DNA from: an uncultured Clostridia bacterium
Lineage (GTDB): Bacteria > Bacillota > Clostridia > Christensenellales > UBA3700
DNA: 64,000 nt
Assembly: GCA_945872615.1 (NCBI GenBank)
Contig: CAMBZZ010000005.1
Coordinates: forward strand, 10,855 to 74,854
Reading direction: 5' to 3'
Shown here: positions 59,589 through 64,000 of the stretch, piece by piece
Layout of the letters: every line of letters begins with the position of its first letter
Numbering within the stretch: position 1 is the stretch's first letter
Program-made: the position numbers and the translations under genes
Notes under the pieces: model-generated
Databases searched by the model: none
The model's input: the letters and a program-made list of their open reading frames with translations, nothing else
What the model was told of the DNA's origin: nothing

Positions 59589-60986
59589 TCAACACCTCAA
59601 CACGTCAACTCTCAACTCTATAGGTCCTATCGTCACCTTTTCGGTATCGTTGGAAAGTAGGAAGTCAAAGGTTCTGCCCTTGACGTTGATAGCGACCCTA
59701 TTGTTTCGTTCGTTTAGAGCAAACTCGTACTTTTGTCCGTCCGCGGTAATAGTCAGGGTGGTTTGCGCCGTAACTTTGTATTCGGCGTACCTTATATTTT
59801 TCAATAGATAAGGCTGGTCGAAGTCCACGTCCTTTATCAACCAACATCTTTGACTTTGCATGGTATATTGTGAGGCGTCGTTTATCAACATGGTAGGCTC
59901 GCCTTGCGCTGAAATTGCCACGACGCCACTCAAATTTTTTGCTTCCACCGTCGTCAAGTCTCCCGTTGCATAACCTTTTACCACGCAATAGTTGTTCTTT
60001 TCTACGTCGTAGATTATAATTTCGTCGTTTTGGGTAACGATATACACTTGATTTTGTTTAGCCGTCGCGCTCCTAATCTTGCTGTCGTTCCCCGTCGGCA
60101 TATCCAAATTCTCCAGTCTTTTGACGCCGTAATAATCGTAGCTGTAGGCGCAGTCCTTGGTGCAGAATATTATTTTGTTTTGAGTGGCAACCACCGACTC
60201 GCCCAAGATTTTTTCGCCGCCCGCGTACACCTTTTTTAGTTCGAACTGCGACTGTAGACTATAACAAGTCAATCTATATATTCCGTAATCGCAAAAAAGA
60301 TAGAGATAATCGCCCATGCTCACCAACTTGTTTATCACACCCAGCGAGTTGTCGCACTCCAAATATCCGCCACCGCTCAGCGACACCTCCCAATCGAAGG
60401 GGTCGAACACGTCGCTAAACCATACGCTGTTGTTACCGCCTTTGACGAGGGCAAAGATTCTTTCGTTGTGGCTTACTAGTTGCAAAATAATTTTATCCGT
60501 CAGCACGGTGGACAAAGTTTGATTTTCGAGTATATACGTCGTACCGCTCGCACCTCCGAGCAACGCCAAATCTCTGTCCTTATAGTTGTAGTCGGTCACC
60601 GAAGCAATCTTTTCGTTTAGGTCGAGGTGTTGCCACTTCGCGTCCTTTACGAGGTCTAAGATTTCCAGACCGCCGTCGTGGCAAAATAACAATTTCCCGC
60701 TACCCTCGTCTGTTGCGGTGGTATGGACGAAGAAGAGTTTCCCCTCTCCGACGCCGCTCGGCAAGTCGGCAACGAGGCTACCGTCGTCGAGTTTTAGTTT
60801 TCCAAAGCCCCTAGCCTCAACCAACATATTGTTTTTGCACTCGAAGTTGTATCCCTCGTCACAACCGCGGCAAGGCAAGTTGCCGTCTTTCTTGACGTTA
60901 CCGTTGCCGACGTAATACGACAGTCTGCGGACGAGTTGCTTTGGCTTTATAGGACTATTGCTCTTTCTACGTACAATCATCGCCAC
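59589..60986 (-). CDS. Putative podovirus-type tail nozzle/stabilisation protein (beta-propeller)
   Basis: 465 aa, beta-rich; SHNERIF..SVWFSDVFDPFDW, G.I..L..MGDYLYLF...GIYRL and a C-terminal DFDQPYLLKNIR motif, like P22 gp10/T7 gp12-type proteins. Confidence 0.6.
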   Translation of the reverse strand: MAMIVRRKSNSPIKPKQLVRRLSYYVGNGNVKKDGNLPCRGCDEGYNFECKNNMLVEARGFGKLKLDDGSLVADLPSGVGEGKLFFVHTTATDEGSGKLLFCHDGGLEILDLVKDAKWQHLDLNEKIASVTDYNYKDRDLALLGGASGTTYILENQTLSTVLTDKIILQLVSHNERIFALVKGGNNSVWFSDVFDPFDWEVSLSGGGYLECDNSLGVINKLVSMGDYLYLFCDYGIYRLTCYSLQSQFELKKVYAGGEKILGESVVATQNKIIFCTKDCAYSYDYYGVKRLENLDMPTGNDSKIRSATAKQNQVYIVTQNDEIIIYDVEKNNYCVVKGYATGDLTTVEAKNLSGVVAISAQGEPTMLINDASQYTMQSQRCWLIKDVDFDQPYLLKNIRYAEYKVTAQTTLTITADGQKYEFALNERNNRVAINVKGRTFDFLLSNDTEKVTIGPIELRVDVLRC

Positions 60987-61516
60987 ACCCTACCTTTGAC
61001 TTTCTTTTCTCTGTTGTTTCTACAAGCGACGGCGATTGCGTCCATAAACTTGTCGTTCATCATCACGGCTTGCTCGTACGCGCCGTCAATCAAACAATAT
61101 TCCGCGCAAGCACCCAGAGCAAGGCATACGGGCGACACTCGAACGTTTACGTCGCATTCGCCTTCGAGGTCTACGTCCGACGGCAAGTAGCAATATTTTA
61201 TCTCTACCTCACCCTCTGCGTCAGTCTTTAGTTTTGACGGCAACGCCTCCCACGCGACCTCGTTTCCTTTGGATTTTACGCCGAGTATTTCTCTCACTCT
61301 ATGGTCGAGCATAGAATATTCCACCTCCCCGTCCTTGACGACGCAAGTTTTACTTTCCGTCAAAGGCAGATAGTCGGAAGCTATCTCTTTCATAACGATA
61401 TTGGCGCATTTGACGAGCAGTTTGATTTTGGCTGTCGTCTTGGTAGAACTACTGATAGTCGGGTCCTCGTCTCCAAGATAAGTCAAGCAAATTTCTATCA
61501 CTTCTTTCAGTTTCAT
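60977..61516 (-). CDS. Putative head-tail adaptor (tail tubular A-like)
   Basis: 179 aa; helical N-terminus (MKLKEVIE..LLVKCAN...KEIA), beta middle, Y.YLP, helical C-terminus; follows the capsid genes. Confidence 0.55.
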   Translation of the reverse strand: MKLKEVIEICLTYLGDEDPTISSSTKTTAKIKLLVKCANIVMKEIASDYLPLTESKTCVVKDGEVEYSMLDHRVREILGVKSKGNEVAWEALPSKLKTDAEGEVEIKYCYLPSDVDLEGECDVNVRVSPVCLALGACAEYCLIDGAYEQAVMMNDKFMDAIAVACRNNREKKVKGRVWR

Positions 61517-61545
61517 ATCGCTCCTTTGGCATAGAGGCGTCGGGC

Positions 61546-61884
61546 TTATCGTCCGACTCCTCTACGCACTTGATTTTCTATTATGCTTTGAGCCCTTTGC
61601 AGTTGCGCGTAACCGTTTTCCCTCTCCAATCTTTGATTGTGCTCGTTCATTTCTTTTACCAGCCTTTCCAAGTTTTCCACGCGAGTTTTCCTCGCCCAAG
61701 AGAGCACCCTGCAATCCAAGGTTTTCCACGGAATGTCCGCTTGCTTGGTAGGCTTGCATCTGAGATTGTGCAATTCGTATCGGCAGTTTCCCCGATTAAA
61801 GTATATTTGATAGTCGTCATCAATGCTCTTTATCCTGCTCGATACGTCAAATAGGTCGTTATATACGGCTACGAGTTTTTGCAT
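61546..61884 (-). CDS. Hypothetical protein downstream of major capsid
   Basis: 112 aa, SD AAGGAG; RIKSIDDDY..YFN..RYELH..LDCR..E.NEHN pattern of small phage proteins. Confidence 0.7.
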   Translation of the reverse strand: MQKLVAVYNDLFDVSSRIKSIDDDYQIYFNRGNCRYELHNLRCKPTKQADIPWKTLDCRVLSWARKTRVENLERLVKEMNEHNQRLERENGYAQLQRAQSIIENQVRRGVGR

Positions 61885-61896
61885 AGTCTCTCCTTA

Positions 61897-63066
61897 TCAG
61901 CCGGTGATGCCGCTGAGTTTTGCTTGACCGATAGGCTTATCGCACAACATATCGGCGTATTTTACCAAGGTTGCGGTATACGTAGCGGTCCCCGCCTTTT
62001 GTTTGATTACCTTACCGCCGTCGCCTTCGAGCCATCTCCAATCGCACAACTGGTGCAACTTAAAGTCGCCCGTGTTGAGCAAGTACATCTCGCCGTCTTC
62101 GACGAATCTGTCGGCAACTACGGGGATACCGTTGTAAGAAATTGCTCTAAAACCGCCGTCGAGATTCATATAATCTACGTTGGTACGGTTGAGAGCGAGG
62201 TGCTCGAGATAGTATCTTCTCACGTCGTAGCTGCAAAGAATCATATCAACGCTGCTACCCGCTATCTCGTCGATATAGTCGATGACCTCTTGGATTTTGG
62301 AGCAAGTAATGTCCCCCACGTTTTGCACGTGTTTCGGACTAAGCCAACTTCTGCCCTCTCTCGACAAGCCGTAGAGGTCTTTGTCGGAGAAGATTGCCTT
62401 AAGTCCCGTAAGTTCGTTGTTCTTAGAGCCTTGGACGGTGATATAGTCGACGTTGGCGATAGTCACCGAAGGCGTAGCGCCAATAGTGATAGTCTTGTTT
62501 ACTCTATCCACGCTCACGATTCTCACTCCCGCAAGTCCCGCGTAAATCTTGTCGGTAGTGCCGTTGTACACGTCGATGACCATACCTTCCATCACGTTCT
62601 TTACACTTGCAAGTCCGATAACTTTGCCCGAAGACTTGCTCGACACGCACTTGGACAAAATGCCGCTTCCGTCGCCGTAAAGCATTCTTCCGAGGTTGAA
62701 CTTGGACGCTTTGAGCAGTCCGTCCATCTCCGCGTTGAGCAAGTTGACGAATGCGCTTGCGCTCGATTGCGAAGCGCGAATTGCCTTGTCGGAAAGCTCA
62801 ATCGTTCCGTACAAGTTTTTGAGTTCCAATTTAAATCTGTCGTAATTGTTTTGAGCGGCGGTAGGTAAATCTCCCGTTTCCGTACCCGCTCCGATACCGC
62901 CGTTGATTCCGTAAGGCACGAGTTTGACTATATCCTTGCCTACCACGTCGTTGGTGCTTTGCTTAATCTTAGCCAAAAACGGATTTATCGTTACGTTGAG
63001 TTGGTCGGCTACGATGCCGAGATATACTTCTTTTAGTGCCTTGTCTGCTGTTTCCAGTGTTACCAT
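61897..63066 (-). CDS. Phage major capsid protein (probable HK97 fold)
   Basis: 389 aa; E.GDLP, LKNLYGTIELSD, NLGRMLYGDGSG, ELTGL, YNGIPVVADRFVEDGEMYLLN and C-terminal QAKLSGI typical of MCPs; SD AGGAGG, TGATG overlap with the upstream gene. Confidence 0.88.
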   Translation of the reverse strand: MVTLETADKALKEVYLGIVADQLNVTINPFLAKIKQSTNDVVGKDIVKLVPYGINGGIGAGTETGDLPTAAQNNYDRFKLELKNLYGTIELSDKAIRASQSSASAFVNLLNAEMDGLLKASKFNLGRMLYGDGSGILSKCVSSKSSGKVIGLASVKNVMEGMVIDVYNGTTDKIYAGLAGVRIVSVDRVNKTITIGATPSVTIANVDYITVQGSKNNELTGLKAIFSDKDLYGLSREGRSWLSPKHVQNVGDITCSKIQEVIDYIDEIAGSSVDMILCSYDVRRYYLEHLALNRTNVDYMNLDGGFRAISYNGIPVVADRFVEDGEMYLLNTGDFKLHQLCDWRWLEGDGGKVIKQKAGTATYTATLVKYADMLCDKPIGQAKLSGITG

Positions 63067-63875
63067 CAAATCCTCCTATTGATTAGCATCTTTTTGATTA
63101 TTTCTCCCGCCTCTTCGATGCTCTTTGGTTTATTTGGCGGCGAGAGAATTATTTGCCCTCTGCCCATCATAGATTTAGGCGGGCTGTTTTGTTCAAGACT
63201 TTGAATGTACCCGTCTATTATCGTCGACTTAATTTGCTCGTTAGTTAGCACGTATCGGTCAACAAAGTCTTTATTTAGTATCATCTCCTGCGGCGAGATA
63301 TACGCCTTGCTCAACACCTTGGCAAGCGCGATTTCGAGGCAACTCTCATTGCGCGCCAGTTGGTCGTCGCCCGCTATCTCCTTGCCGATTTCTACGGCAA
63401 AACTTCTAGCTAACGGATAATTCTCGAAGAAGTTGTCCGTCCTATCTTTCCACTCTTGCCGCTCGTATATAGGTTGTCGATTAGACTGTTCGTCTTGCTC
63501 GCAGTTTGATTTTTCGTTATACGTATCGGGTTTTTCGCCCCCTTCGGCGTTTTTTGTTTGAGCTTTTTCGTCACCGTTTTCTACGTTTGCAGACGCTGTT
63601 CGTTCCCTCTCGTCGCATTGAGTTTCGTCGTTGCTCGTCTTGTCGGTCGTAGAATCTAAAGCTGCGTTTTGGCTCTCTCGTGCTATATCTTGCATAGGAT
63701 TATGCAAGTTTTCTTTGTCGCTTTGCTTGCTTTGCATTTGCTTTGTCTGCGTGGTTTCGTCCACGTTTTGCGAGGCTTTTTCTGTTGAAGGAATTACACT
63801 CCCCACCTCAGCATCCATCTCATTTTGTACAAAAATCTTTTCCACATTTTGATATTCTCCTTGCGTTATTTGCAT
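63066..63875 (-). CDS. Putative capsid scaffolding protein
   Basis: Acidic low-complexity N-half, helical C-half ending PKSIEEAGEII; directly upstream of the MCP. Confidence 0.6.
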   Translation of the reverse strand: MQITQGEYQNVEKIFVQNEMDAEVGSVIPSTEKASQNVDETTQTKQMQSKQSDKENLHNPMQDIARESQNAALDSTTDKTSNDETQCDERERTASANVENGDEKAQTKNAEGGEKPDTYNEKSNCEQDEQSNRQPIYERQEWKDRTDNFFENYPLARSFAVEIGKEIAGDDQLARNESCLEIALAKVLSKAYISPQEMILNKDFVDRYVLTNEQIKSTIIDGYIQSLEQNSPPKSMMGRGQIILSPPNKPKSIEEAGEIIKKMLINRRI

Positions 63876-63882
63876 ATTCCCC

Positions 63883-64000
63883 TCACTTCTCATACGTTTG
63901 ATTTTGCAAGATTTCCACTTGCGCTTCCATCATCTTGCTCTTGTGTTCTCGTATGTGTTTTTTGAGTTTTTCCCTCACCTTTTCAGGTAAGTCTTCGGCG
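63883..64000 (-). CDS. C-terminus of a probable portal protein (partial)
   Basis: Not in ORF track; hand translation ...AEDLPEKVREKLKKHIREHKSKMMEAQVEILQNQTYEK*; LP..HxxxH followed by a Q-rich tail resembles the end of P22-like portals; upstream of the scaffold. Confidence 0.5.
   Translation of the reverse strand, partial: AEDLPEKVREKLKKHIREHKSKMMEAQVEILQNQTYEK

Larger units (their letters stand above)
57758..64000 (-). mobile_element. Phage-derived head/short-tail morphogenesis cluster (prophage remnant or GTA-like element), continues beyond window
   Basis: Co-oriented, tightly packed portal-scaffold-MCP-adaptor-nozzle-coiled coil-holin genes. Confidence 0.75.

Noticed and set aside
61897-63066. 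Encapsulin interpretation of the capsid protein
   Set aside because: It is flanked by portal-, scaffold-, adaptor-, nozzle- and holin-like genes rather than cargo enzymes, which points to a virion-type particle.

Overview
Chromosomal window from a spore-forming Clostridia-type (Bacillota) bacterium, probably a gut lineage; the taxonomy is inferred from gene order only. Most genes lie on the minus strand. About 1-31 kb is conserved housekeeping synteny: ftsK(partial)-M16 peptidase-polysaccharide deacetylase-pnp-rpsO, hemZ-MBL-dtd-relA-recJ-secF-secD, the SCIFF ranthipeptide pair scfA/scfB (scfA is missing from the ORF track), yajC-tgt-queA-ruvBA-ruvC-proA-yebC, trmH-rplT-rpmI-infC with an L20 leader, and thrS with a T-box. 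About 31-43 kb is an accessory patch around tRNA-Leu(GAG). It holds an RsgI-like lipoprotein and an XRE-flanked operon encoding a Zn-ribbon/TPR/TIR/TM protein plus an SPFH/Zn-ribbon protein. About 43-57 kb is housekeeping again (coaE-polA, Na/Pi transporter, azlCD, a REP-like hairpin repeat cluster, parC/parE-like topoisomerase, murG). The last 7 kb holds an AT-rich putative GNAT toxin-antitoxin pair with a probable frameshift, and a compact, host-like podovirus-type head/short-tail operon (portal end-scaffold-major capsid-adaptor-nozzle-coiled coil-two holins). This end of the operon shows no endolysin, tail fibre, tape measure or integrase. The best candidates for an undescribed system are this cluster (a possible domesticated, GTA-like particle) and the TIR-SPFH-XRE module. 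All calls come from manual motif and synteny recognition; no database searches were run.
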